From positions 3,300,001 to 3,332,000 of the forward strand of contig CP126532.1 of the NCBI GenBank assembly GCA_030167145.1: a stretch of 32,000 bases of DNA, read 5' to 3'. This document shows, one piece after another, positions 17,196-25,194 of the stretch. Under the pieces are notes generated by a model that had not been told where the DNA came from, did no database searches, and was given only the letters and a program-made list of their open reading frames with translations. Made by a program: the position numbers and the translations under genes. This DNA comes from Ktedonobacterales bacterium. Lineage in GTDB: Bacteria; Chloroflexota; Ktedonobacteria; Ktedonobacterales; JADMIN01. Position 1 is the stretch's first letter. Every line of letters begins with the position of its first letter.

Positions 17196-17780
17196 TTACT
17201 TCGCCGCCGTCGTGGGTGAGCGCCGCGCCAGGAAGAACCCTGCCGCGCCGCCGACGATCAGCCCGGCCACAGCGAGCAGCGCCGCCACCAGCCCCGAAAC
17301 TCCTGACGAAGACGATGTGGTGGGCGTCGTTGGCGCTGACGAGGTTGAGGTGGCCTTGGGGTCAACCGTGAAGGTATACGCGCCGATGTCGGCTTCGCCG
17401 TCATCCGCCGAGACGGTATGCCACTCCACCAGATAGATCTCCGAGTCCGTGCCCGTCATATTCACGTGCATCGTCTTCAAGTCGGCGGTGTCCACCGTCG
17501 CGCCACTGCTCACTTGCTTGCCAGCCGAGTCGTAGACGATCACATCGCTGCCCTGCGGATTCACATTCTGCGCGAAGTGCAGTGTGATAACTGTCGGCGC
17601 CGCCTTGACGATGGCGTCCGGCCCCGGATCGGCGCTCACCAGATAGGCGTGCGCCGACGCGATAGCGGGCACCGCCAGCGCGAGCAGCGCGCCTATGATC
17701 ACCGCACATGCGCCCAGTGCGCCTTTGCGGAGCCGTCGCACTCCGGGTCGTCGTCTCTCAGTAGCGTGCGTCTTCTCCAT
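17196..17780 (-). CDS. copC: CopC-domain copper-binding protein with a C-terminal TM anchor
   Basis: ATG at 17780 (MEKTHATERRR). Signal peptide ending ASA-HAYLVSADP, so the mature N-terminus is His. CopC core VITLHFAQNV, IYLVEWHTVSADDGEADIGAYTFTV. A Ser/Thr-rich linker and TM helix follow. Confidence 0.85.
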   Translation of the reverse strand: MEKTHATERRRPGVRRLRKGALGACAVIIGALLALAVPAIASAHAYLVSADPGPDAIVKAAPTVITLHFAQNVNPQGSDVIVYDSAGKQVSSGATVDTADLKTMHVNMTGTDSEIYLVEWHTVSADDGEADIGAYTFTVDPKATSTSSAPTTPTTSSSSGVSGLVAALLAVAGLIVGGAAGFFLARRSPTTAAK

Positions 17781-17974
17781 CACCGGGTATTCCTCATTTC
17801 TGTGGTATCGGGCGGTTAGTGTCTCTGATTCGCTTCCGCTCTGCCACACATGTGCGCGCTGCCGAAGCTACAAAAGGAGTGTAGTGGATGGGCTGGCAAC
17901 GCCACATCAGGCGCAATCCTGATTTTCCACTGGAAACACTACTGAAAGACGCCACAAAATACCGCACTATCGCT

Positions 17975-18703
17975 TCAACGTTCAGGGTCCACGAGTCCAC
18001 GGCGCACCGCGTAGCGCACGAGATGCGTGATGTCGCGCAGGCCCAGCTTTTCCATCACGGCGGCGCGATGCGACTGCACGGTTTTGATGCTCAGCGTGAG
18101 CCGGTCAGCGATCTCCTGATTGGTATAGCCCTCGGCGACGAGCTGCAACACCTCGCGCTCGCGTCCGCTCAGCGTCTCATAGGCGTCGCCCGCGCCGCTC
18201 TCGCCGCTTGCGCTGCCGACCCGCGACGTATCCGCGCCACGCTCAGCGTACTCATTCACCAGCATATGCGCCACGCCTGGCGACAGAAACGACTCGCCTC
18301 GCGCGACGGCGCGCACGGCGGCCACCAGATCAGCAGCAGCGGTCCGCTTAATGACGTAGCCCGCCGCGCCTGCCCGCAACGCACGAAAGAAATACTCATC
18401 CGCCTCGTGCATCGTCAGGAACAGCACGCGCGTCTCCGGTGTCTGCTGGCGGATGCGACGGCACGCCTCTACGCCATCAAGCTCCGGCATCGAAATGTCC
18501 ATCAGCACCACCGTTGGGCGCAGCCGTTCGGCCTCCGCCAGCGCTTCGTAGCCAGTGCGCGCCTCACCCACCACGGCGATATCGCCTGCCAGCGCCAGCA
18601 GCGCCCGCAACCCATCGCGCAAGATGTCGTGGTCATCGGCCAGCAACACCCGAATCGTGCCGCTTGCCGCCGTATTTTTCGTCGTATGCTCAACTTGAGA
18701 CAG
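17975..18703 (-). CDS. NarL/FixJ-type response regulator (REC plus LuxR HTH); start codon uncertain
   Basis: REC motifs IRVLLADDHDILRDG and VVLMDISMPELDG. HTH LSGREREVLQLVAEGYTNQEIADRLTLSIKTVQSHR. There is no in-frame ATG near the domain start. Candidates are CTG 18703 (7 nt after AGGAGAGGAG), GTG 18649 and TTG 18754. Confidence 0.85.
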   Translation of the reverse strand: MSQVEHTTKNTAASGTIRVLLADDHDILRDGLRALLALAGDIAVVGEARTGYEALAEAERLRPTVVLMDISMPELDGVEACRRIRQQTPETRVLFLTMHEADEYFFRALRAGAAGYVIKRTAAADLVAAVRAVARGESFLSPGVAHMLVNEYAERGADTSRVGSASGESGAGDAYETLSGREREVLQLVAEGYTNQEIADRLTLSIKTVQSHRAAVMEKLGLRDITHLVRYAVRRGLVDPER

Positions 18704-19856
18704 ATGTGCGCTCCTCTCCTGGCTCCCCGCTTGTTGCGGCGGTGCGAAGCGCAACCATCCCCGCCGGCAGTGGCGCCGTCGCGTGGACCGTGCAGCCACG
18801 GCCCGGCTGTGAGCGCACCTGCAGCCATCCGCCCAAGGGATGCAGCCGTTCGCGCATGCCTTGCAGGCCAAGGCCACCCGTGTGCCGTGCGTTCCGCAGC
18901 GCACTCATCTCCCGCGGATATGCGAAGCCGCGCCCATCATCGGCAATGGTAAGCGTCACCGTTGCGGCGCGCTGTGTAAGCGCCAGCCGTACATGTCGCG
19001 CTTGCCCGTGCCGCACCGCATTCGTCAGGCTCTCCTGCGCGATGCGATAGAGCGCGATCTCCACGTCTTCTGGCAAACGCTCGGCCTCGTCGAGCCGCAC
19101 CCGCGCCCGCACAGCCACACCTAGCCGCTGCCAGGCATCCTCAGCCAGCCAGCGCAATGCGGCGGGCAGGCCGAGATCGTCGAGCATCGGCGGTCGGAGT
19201 TGCCGTGAGAGGGCTTGCACCTCTGCGAGCGTATCTTGGGCGAGCGCGCTCAGCCGTTCCGCTTGCGCCCGCGCCTGTACCGCCGCCGCGCTCGATTCGC
19301 CGCCCAGCCGTTGAGCGATTGCCTCCGTATGCAGCATCAGCGCCGTCAGGCTCTGGCCGGTCTGATCGTGTAATTCCAGCGCGATACGCCGTCGCTCGTG
19401 TTCCTGTCCGCGCAAGACCCGCGCCGCCGTCTGGTCGCGCGCCAGCGCCAGGCGGTCGAGCATCGCGTTGAAGCCGCGCGCCAGTGCCTCGGCATCGGGA
19501 TCGCTCTCGCTCGCCTCAGCGCGCGCCTCCAGGTCGCCGTCTTCGACGGCACGAATCGTGGCCAGCACGCTATGCAGCGGCGCGAAGGCCGCGCGCAGGA
19601 GGAAAAAGTTTACTACCAGCCCTAGGAGTCCCGCCATGGCGATGAACAGCGTATCAATCAGATAGTGATAGGTTTCGGGGTTATGCTGCGTAATCCACCA
19701 ACCAGCGGCGGTATCCAGCAGGATGATCACGCTGTTGGCGATAATCACCTTCTCGAAGATAGAGAACCGGCGCACACCAGCGCGCTTCGGCAGCACCGAC
19801 ACTACGCGCGCCACTCGCCCGAATGCTGTTCCCACTGCCGAGGGCAGCGCGCTCAT
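18690..19856 (-). CDS. Sensor histidine kinase, HisKA_3/NarX-LiaS type, with a minimal extracytoplasmic loop
   Basis: ATG at 19856 overlaps the upstream stop (ATGA at 19853-19856). Two TM helices are separated by about 10 residues (TQHNPETYHY), followed by a HAMP-like segment. H-box ERRRIALELHDQTGQSL. ATPase region LTIADDGRGF and GGLGLQGMRERL. Confidence 0.9.
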   Translation of the reverse strand: MSALPSAVGTAFGRVARVVSVLPKRAGVRRFSIFEKVIIANSVIILLDTAAGWWITQHNPETYHYLIDTLFIAMAGLLGLVVNFFLLRAAFAPLHSVLATIRAVEDGDLEARAEASESDPDAEALARGFNAMLDRLALARDQTAARVLRGQEHERRRIALELHDQTGQSLTALMLHTEAIAQRLGGESSAAAVQARAQAERLSALAQDTLAEVQALSRQLRPPMLDDLGLPAALRWLAEDAWQRLGVAVRARVRLDEAERLPEDVEIALYRIAQESLTNAVRHGQARHVRLALTQRAATVTLTIADDGRGFAYPREMSALRNARHTGGLGLQGMRERLHPLGGWLQVRSQPGRGCTVHATAPLPAGMVALRTAATSGEPGEERTSVSS

Positions 19857-20371
19857 GACGTGGCGCTCCTCTCCAACGGCGGATGCGCCAGCGTCGCGGC
19901 GCTCGTCGCGGATAGCGCGGGCAGCACGGTAAACTGGAGCGAGGTCTGCCACATGGGACGCCCTGGCGTGCTGACTGAGACGCGCACCCACCAATGGCCG
20001 GCCATATCCACGTGCAGTGGCAGCGCGAAGGCGCCAGCCTGGTGTGCGTTGCCTGGCAATGTGGCGGAGCGCGTGCCCATCGTCATCGTCGCCATATCCC
20101 AGATGGCGGCGACCTCCGCCCAGGGGCCGTCGGTTGCGGTGCGGTCGGCGTCATCTGTCAGCACGATGATCACCTGCGGCGTCTGACCAGCATGCGGCGT
20201 ACTCGGCCAGAGATAGGCATGGACCTGCAGTGGCCGCGATGCGGCATGCCAGACTGTCGCCACTGGCAGCGCTAGCGCCAGCAGCACTGCCAGCGCCAGC
20301 ACGCCCCAGACGGTGCGCCGCACACGCGGCAACGGCTGAAACGCACCGCGTGCGGCTGGCTGCGATGTCAT
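19853..20371 (-). CDS. Membrane-anchored YtkA/FixH-like domain protein, translationally coupled to the kinase
   Basis: ATG at 20371 lies 9 nt after GAGG. One N-terminal TM (VWGVLALAVLLALALPVATVW). The extracytoplasmic domain carries WDMATMTMGTRS and MAGHWWVRVSV, paralleling the C-terminal domain of the CopC-CopD fusion. The track start at 20533 is rejected. Confidence 0.65.
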   Translation of the reverse strand: MTSQPAARGAFQPLPRVRRTVWGVLALAVLLALALPVATVWHAASRPLQVHAYLWPSTPHAGQTPQVIIVLTDDADRTATDGPWAEVAAIWDMATMTMGTRSATLPGNAHQAGAFALPLHVDMAGHWWVRVSVSTPGRPMWQTSLQFTVLPALSATSAATLAHPPLERSATS

Positions 20372-20529
20372 CGTTATTGCCTCGTCTTTGCTTCTGTCTT
20401 CAATGTTTCCTCTCGGCATGCAGCATAGAACGCGACCATATGCTACGTCCATGCGGAGAAGTACGGAATCAGGTGCGGGAACACACCCGACTGCGCTTGC
20501 TTTAGGTTTGATGCGCACAGCGAAGTCAC

Positions 20530-21027
20530 TCAATAGTAAGCGGGCGTGAGCCGCTTGGTCAGAACGGTGGCAGGCTCACCGTGCCGCGAAGCGATCTCCT
20601 CGACCCATTCGTAGCCAGAACGCCGATAGAACGCGACCGCTCTTGCTGTTTCCGTACCGACCCACACCTGCGCGATACCAACATTGATCGCCCAACCCTC
20701 TAGCGCTGCCATCAATGCCTGCCCGATGCCCTCGCCGCGCTGGTCCGCGCGGACAATCGTGCCGACGATCCATGGCGACCGGTCGCGTCGTTCTTCGAGA
20801 TCGAATTCGTGCAGGCCGACACCGCCGAGCACCTCTTCGCGGTCTCCGAGCGCAAGAAACGCCACTGGCACACGTGTACGTTCCACCGCTTGCGCCGCAT
20901 CCTCAACCCACCACGACAACGCCTCACGCCCTGGCTCATCGCCCCATTCACGCCAGTGCAACTCTGCCCACGCGGCGGCAAGCCCCGGCATATCGGCCAG
21001 GAGCGTAATCGAAGAGATAGACGACAT
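20530..21027 (-). CDS. GNAT family N-acetyltransferase
   Basis: 165 aa. Motif A region IVRADQRGEGIGQALMAALEGWA and C-terminal AVAFYRRSGYE. Confidence 0.85.
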   Translation of the reverse strand: MSSISSITLLADMPGLAAAWAELHWREWGDEPGREALSWWVEDAAQAVERTRVPVAFLALGDREEVLGGVGLHEFDLEERRDRSPWIVGTIVRADQRGEGIGQALMAALEGWAINVGIAQVWVGTETARAVAFYRRSGYEWVEEIASRHGEPATVLTKRLTPAYY

Positions 21028-21095
21028 GACGTCCCTCCCTGCCTAAACCGCGCACACCATGTAGAAGTCCAGTGGGCGGCGCGCGCCAGCCACCA

Positions 21096-21971
21096 TCACT
21101 CGTGCGCCGAAGCGACAATAGAGGTAGTCGGCGTCTTCGCTATCGGGGTTATGGGCTTCGGACTAAGCAACTCCGCGCTATCCCAGGTGGGGCCGACGCC
21201 GGGTGGCGCGACCTGTGGCGCGATGTGGCGCAGCCCGCGCTGGCGCAGATAGTCGCGCACCTGCGCGCGGGCGAGATCGGGCGTGTTGTTGGTGCGGCTC
21301 AGATGCGCCAGCCAGACCCAGCGCGGCCCATCGTCCAGCACACTGAACAGCGCAGCCGATGCCTGCTCATTCGAGAGATGCCCCGTCGGGCCGAGGATGC
21401 GCCGCTTCAGATGCCAGGGATACGGCCCCGCGAGCAAACGATCTTTGTCGTGGTTGGCTTCGAGCACGATCAGATGCGCGCCGCGCATCGCCTCCACCAC
21501 CGCCGCGCCCGCCTCGCCCGTATCCGTCACCACGCAGACCCGCCATGCGCCCGTCGCGAGCAGATAGCCGCAGGGCGCGACCGCGTCATGCGAGATGGGA
21601 AAGCTGTGAATATCTAAATCGCCCAGCTTCGTAGATTGTGCCACTGGCAATTCGACCCGCTCCACCGTGCGCGCGGCTGCTGGCGGCTGGGCGCTGGCGG
21701 CGCTCTGCGCCAGGATTGCTGCCAGGGTGCGCGGATCGGCGACCAGTGGTATCCCATACTGAGCGGCAAACGCCACCGCGCCGCAGGCATGATCTGAATG
21801 TTCGTGGGTCAGCAGAATCGCGTTGATGCTCTGCGGCGTCACCCCAGCCTGACGCAAACGGCTCGCCAGGATGCGCGGACCAAAGCCCGCGTCCACCAGC
21901 ACCGTCGTCTGGCCCGCCTGAACCAGCAGCGCATTGCCGCTGCTGCCGCTGCCGAGTGACACCGCACGCAC
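21096..21971 (-). CDS. MBL-fold metallo-hydrolase (YycJ/PhnP-like)
   Basis: SLGSGSSGNALLV, VLVDAGF, and the signature LLTHEHSDHACG. Downstream TDTG and ANHD/GHLSN motifs. Confidence 0.85.
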   Translation of the reverse strand: MRAVSLGSGSSGNALLVQAGQTTVLVDAGFGPRILASRLRQAGVTPQSINAILLTHEHSDHACGAVAFAAQYGIPLVADPRTLAAILAQSAASAQPPAAARTVERVELPVAQSTKLGDLDIHSFPISHDAVAPCGYLLATGAWRVCVVTDTGEAGAAVVEAMRGAHLIVLEANHDKDRLLAGPYPWHLKRRILGPTGHLSNEQASAALFSVLDDGPRWVWLAHLSRTNNTPDLARAQVRDYLRQRGLRHIAPQVAPPGVGPTWDSAELLSPKPITPIAKTPTTSIVASAHE

Positions 21972-22198
21972 GTCGCGCCGCTCCCTCTTGTCGCACGCAT
22001 ACCCACAACCACGCCGATTGTTCTGCTATCGTACATTCGTTGATGTGCATGACGCAAGTTCTAAAGTACGCAACGTCAAGGCCATCTCAGCGAAACATCG
22101 GCCAGCAACGAAAAATGAACTGGCGACGTGCGTTATACGATAAGATGCGGATGAGCGCGCCGTACTGGCCGTACTGCGCGCGAGACGGGAGCGGACGC

Positions 22199-23683
22199 AT
22201 GGACCAATCGCCAGATCCAGATAAAGACTCTGGGAAGCCAGTGCTGCGCTGGGAAGATCCCCGCGAGAAGCGTCTGCGTGCGTTGCGCGATCTGGCTGCC
22301 AGTGCGTCGCATCCTGGCGCGCATCCCACCGGCGAGACTCCAGCGACCGTCCCCGAATCGCTTGCGCCGCCAAAGCCGCGCGCCCACCGTTCGCGCTGGC
22401 TGATCGCCGTAGCCGGGCTGGTCTGCGTCGCCATCATTGCAATTGTCGCCATCCGCGCGCTTTCTATCGGACAACCAGATGCAAGACTGGCTGTGTCATT
22501 CGCTAAGCCGGGGGCCGATGGCTTGACCTGTCCGGTGGATGTGCGCTGGTCGCCACGCGGCGACCGTATTGCCGTGCTCGGCTATGCCGGTAGCTGCCCC
22601 AGTGCCACCACATCCGGCAATGTGCGTGCCTCCGCCGTGGTGCTGATCTACGACGCGCGCACCATGAAGCTTGCCAAGCGCCTGCATCCCGATGATCTCA
22701 TCGTCAGCAGCCATCTTCGTGAAGGTGACTCCGCGACTACCAATTCAACCCCACCGCCGGTCGTCTACCGCAGCATCATCTGGTCGCGGGATGGCACACT
22801 CCTGGCGCTGCCCTTCGATGTGATCTCACAACAAGGCACGGCGGGCCTGCCTGTGCCCGATGATGTCTTGCTTACCGATCTCAACGGCTCCTACGACGCC
22901 ATCACAGGGAATGTCGGACATGCGGATGTACCCGGCGGTGAAGTCTTGTGGGATATGCGCCAGGGTGGCGCAACGAGCGGGAACAACTTCCTGATTCCAC
23001 CGCCCGCGCTCGCCTACGCCTGGCAGCAGAACGATGTGCTCACCGCACAGAACCGCCTCGACAACGGGCAGCCCATTGTCGCGCCGCCGCTCGCTCCAAT
23101 TGGCAACCCCTACGCCGACCCCACGTTCACCGCGTGGCAGCCGGGGTTCATCTTCGTCTTGCCGCCCGATGTCTCGAATCCGAGCGGCCCCAACACCTGG
23201 AAGTATTATGCCGCCTACGGCGCGATGACACCCGATGGGCAGTATCTCATCGCGCCCATCATCCACCGCTACAATGTCGCGCCGCCTGGGCAGCCGGGCG
23301 GCACGGATACAAACGTGCCAACGCTGCCACTGCGCGATGCTGCGCTGCGGGCGGTCTTTGGCGCGGCAACGGCCAGCCAGAACACCGGCGGCTCTGGCAC
23401 GGCGAATGTCGCGTGGCGTCCCAATGGGCGTGTGCTGGCCGCGCAACTCATCCCCGCGGGCGACACAACGCCTGCCCACCACGCCGTCATCATCTATGCC
23501 TGCGCCACCGGCAAGATCGTGGCGGCCCTCACGCCGCTGGCCGATGCCGCGCATGCGCTCAGCGCGCCCGCGAGCGATGCCTTCGCCCCGCTCCAGTGGT
23601 CGCCCGACGGTACGCATCTGCTGCTGCTCGACCCTGCGCTGGGCACACTGACGGTCTGGGGGCCAACGCAACTTCCGCGCTAG
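22199..23683 (+). CDS. Membrane-anchored protein with PD40/WD40-like beta-propeller repeats
   Basis: ATG at 22199 lies 7 nt after GGGAG. A cytoplasmic Pro-rich tail is followed by one TM (WLIAVAGLVCVAIIAIVAI). Recurrent motifs WSPRGDRIAVLG, WSRDGTLLALPF, MTPDGQYLIAP, WRPNGRVLAAQ and WSPDGTHLLLLD. The track start at 21956 overlaps the MBL gene and is rejected. Confidence 0.65.
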   Translation: MDQSPDPDKDSGKPVLRWEDPREKRLRALRDLAASASHPGAHPTGETPATVPESLAPPKPRAHRSRWLIAVAGLVCVAIIAIVAIRALSIGQPDARLAVSFAKPGADGLTCPVDVRWSPRGDRIAVLGYAGSCPSATTSGNVRASAVVLIYDARTMKLAKRLHPDDLIVSSHLREGDSATTNSTPPPVVYRSIIWSRDGTLLALPFDVISQQGTAGLPVPDDVLLTDLNGSYDAITGNVGHADVPGGEVLWDMRQGGATSGNNFLIPPPALAYAWQQNDVLTAQNRLDNGQPIVAPPLAPIGNPYADPTFTAWQPGFIFVLPPDVSNPSGPNTWKYYAAYGAMTPDGQYLIAPIIHRYNVAPPGQPGGTDTNVPTLPLRDAALRAVFGAATASQNTGGSGTANVAWRPNGRVLAAQLIPAGDTTPAHHAVIIYACATGKIVAALTPLADAAHALSAPASDAFAPLQWSPDGTHLLLLDPALGTLTVWGPTQLPR

Positions 23684-23701
23684 CGTATCCCTGACTCATC
23701 C

Positions 23702-24550
23702 CTAGCTCGCCGCCAGCCCCAGCAGCGCCGCCGCGTTGCCGCCCAGCGCCAGCGCCAGTTCGGCCTCGCTCAGGCCAGCCGAGCGCGCATAGGCCAGCAT
23801 GCGCCCCTGGCCGATCAGCGGGAAATCGCTGCCGAAGAGGATCTTCTCTGGCCCGGCGATGCGCGCGACGGTGGGGAAGATGTCGGGACGGTAGAGGTAA
23901 AGCGACGCCGCTGAGTCGTACCAGACATTGGCGGCGGCGGCATGCACCTCTGGCATCAGTTCATAGAACGGGAAGCCGCCGCCCCAGTGCGCCGCCACCA
24001 CGCGCAATGAGGGAAACGCCTGGATGAATGTCTGGAAGTCATGCGGTGTCACATCGCCTTTGCCGTGGTAGGTATGGCCCACCGGCTCGCTGGTGTGCGT
24101 CAGGCAGAACATGCCCAGGCTCAGCGCGGCCTCCACCAACGGCGCGAGCAGCGCGATATCGCTGAGCCGGTAGCCCTGACCGTGCGGCATCAACTCGCCG
24201 AAGCCGGGCATCCCCGCCGCCGCGCAGCGCTCCAATTCCGCCACTGCCCGTGCGCCCGCGCGCGGCTGCACCGCCGCCAGCCCCAGAATCCGCCCCGGAA
24301 AGCGGCGCATCGCTTCGATCACATAGCTATTGCACTCCTCGGCCAGCCCCGCATCGCTCCAGCCGAAGGGGAACGCCACCGATACGTCCACACCATCTGC
24401 CGTCATCGCGGCGATCAGGTCGTCCGCTGTGGCCATCTTCGCCTGCGGATTGCCATACAACTCCCCCAGCCAGGGGTCGCGGCGGCAAAACTCCTCACGC
24501 CGCGCAATGACCCCCGGTGGAAAGATGTGCGTATGGAAATCAATAATCAT
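23702..24550 (-). CDS. Amidohydrolase-2 family (PF04909-like) metal-dependent hydrolase
   Basis: MIIDFHTHIFPP N-terminal HxH motif. Internal HTSEP, AAHWGGG and GSDFPL motifs typical of the family. Confidence 0.85.
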   Translation of the reverse strand: MIIDFHTHIFPPGVIARREEFCRRDPWLGELYGNPQAKMATADDLIAAMTADGVDVSVAFPFGWSDAGLAEECNSYVIEAMRRFPGRILGLAAVQPRAGARAVAELERCAAAGMPGFGELMPHGQGYRLSDIALLAPLVEAALSLGMFCLTHTSEPVGHTYHGKGDVTPHDFQTFIQAFPSLRVVAAHWGGGFPFYELMPEVHAAAANVWYDSAASLYLYRPDIFPTVARIAGPEKILFGSDFPLIGQGRMLAYARSAGLSEAELALALGGNAAALLGLAAS

Positions 24551-24569
24551 GCTGCCCCAGGTATCCCTC

Positions 24570-24598
24570 TTGACGCCACCCGCCGCACGCTGTACACT
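24570..24598 (+). promoter_or_regulatory. Candidate sigma-70-type promoter TTGACG-17-TACACT
   Basis: TTGACG at 24570-24575, a 17-nt spacer, then TACACT at 24593-24598. Overlapped by three dyads (24591-24623). Confidence 0.4.
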
Positions 24599-24691
24599 AG
24601 TACACGTGTTCTATATCAGAACATGGCGTGGTGACCGACGCTCGCATTCTACCACGCGCAAACGCGCATTGGTTGGGGGGTTGCGGGGTTC

Positions 24692-24719
24692 TTGGATAAA
24701 GAAATTGGCAAGGTATGAT
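24692..24719 (+). promoter_or_regulatory. Candidate sigma-70-type promoter TTGGAT-16-TATGAT
   Basis: TTGGAT at 24692-24697, a 16-nt spacer, then TATGAT at 24714-24719. Sits in the most AT-rich patch of the intergenic region. Confidence 0.4.
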
Positions 24720-25011
24720 ATACTTGTGCCAACGTAGCCAGGCAACTCTGCTCCCGGTTCAGCGCCAGACATCTGGCGCCCCCGCGAGCAAGGTCCAGGC
24801 GCGTAGGGTACAATAAACGTTGGAGTGCTCGCGAGAGCGTTCAGCGTTCATCCAGCCCAACGCGCAACATACCATCCCAGGGCTACGGTGTCGGGGTCCA
24901 TGGCGCGTGGTGCGTTGACCGGTATCTGGTCACGAACTGGCCGGAGCCGGACGGGCGGGTCGGAAAACGTACGTCTGGAAGGCGTGCGCGGCCCACAAGA
25001 GGAGAGAACGC

Positions 25012-25194
25012 GTGAAGACCATGTTCAGGACGGCGACGACTCCACAGGCCGCGATGGCTGGAACGGAGCAGGTGGAACCTACCGCGCCAGTGCGGAGCGA
25101 CGATGACGAAAGCACCGAGGAGGACTTCGAGGCGACGATTCTACGGCTCGACGGCGCAACCCTTGAATGGCTGTTTCGTAGAGCGGGAGAATAG
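25012..25194 (+). CDS. Small acidic hypothetical protein (60 aa)
   Basis: GTG start 5-6 nt after GAGGAGAG (24999-25006). An in-frame ATG lies three codons later. No family recognised. A GGCGGG-GCTA-CCCGCC hairpin follows at 25202-25217. Confidence 0.45.
   Translation: MKTMFRTATTPQAAMAGTEQVEPTAPVRSDDDESTEEDFEATILRLDGATLEWLFRRAGE

Noticed and set aside
21956-22198. 5' extensions of track ORFs: 21956 for the propeller gene, 20533 for the YtkA-like gene, 3811 for the aminotransferase, 2733 for the receiver, 25266 for ispH, 13026 and 10466 for the CtaG-like genes, 16681, 17849 and 31753.
   Set aside because: The extensions overlap neighbouring genes or structured intergenic elements and lack SD sequences. 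Internal starts with good SD spacing coincide with the beginning of the recognisable domains.
24607-24623. LexA/Cheo-box-like sequence TGTTCTATATCAGAACA.
   Set aside because: The half-sites are in GTTC-N7-GAAC order, not the GAAC-N4-GTTC arrangement of Gram-positive-type SOS boxes. No SOS gene is adjacent.
24921-24965. Fragments reminiscent of a ZTP/pfl-type riboswitch (CTGGTCACGAACTGGCCGG...CGGGCGGGTCGG).
   Set aside because: I could not reconstruct the conserved GGGUCGUGACUGGCG core or the CCGGGCGCCUGGGC pseudoknot partner. The downstream genes are not purine or folate related. It needs cmscan, so it is not called.
24825-25106. 93-aa ORF (+) and 61-aa ORF (24930-25115, -) inside the long non-coding region.
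   Set aside because: The translations are Arg/Gly-rich and low in complexity, with no SD. The first overlaps the better-supported small ORF at 25012 in another frame.
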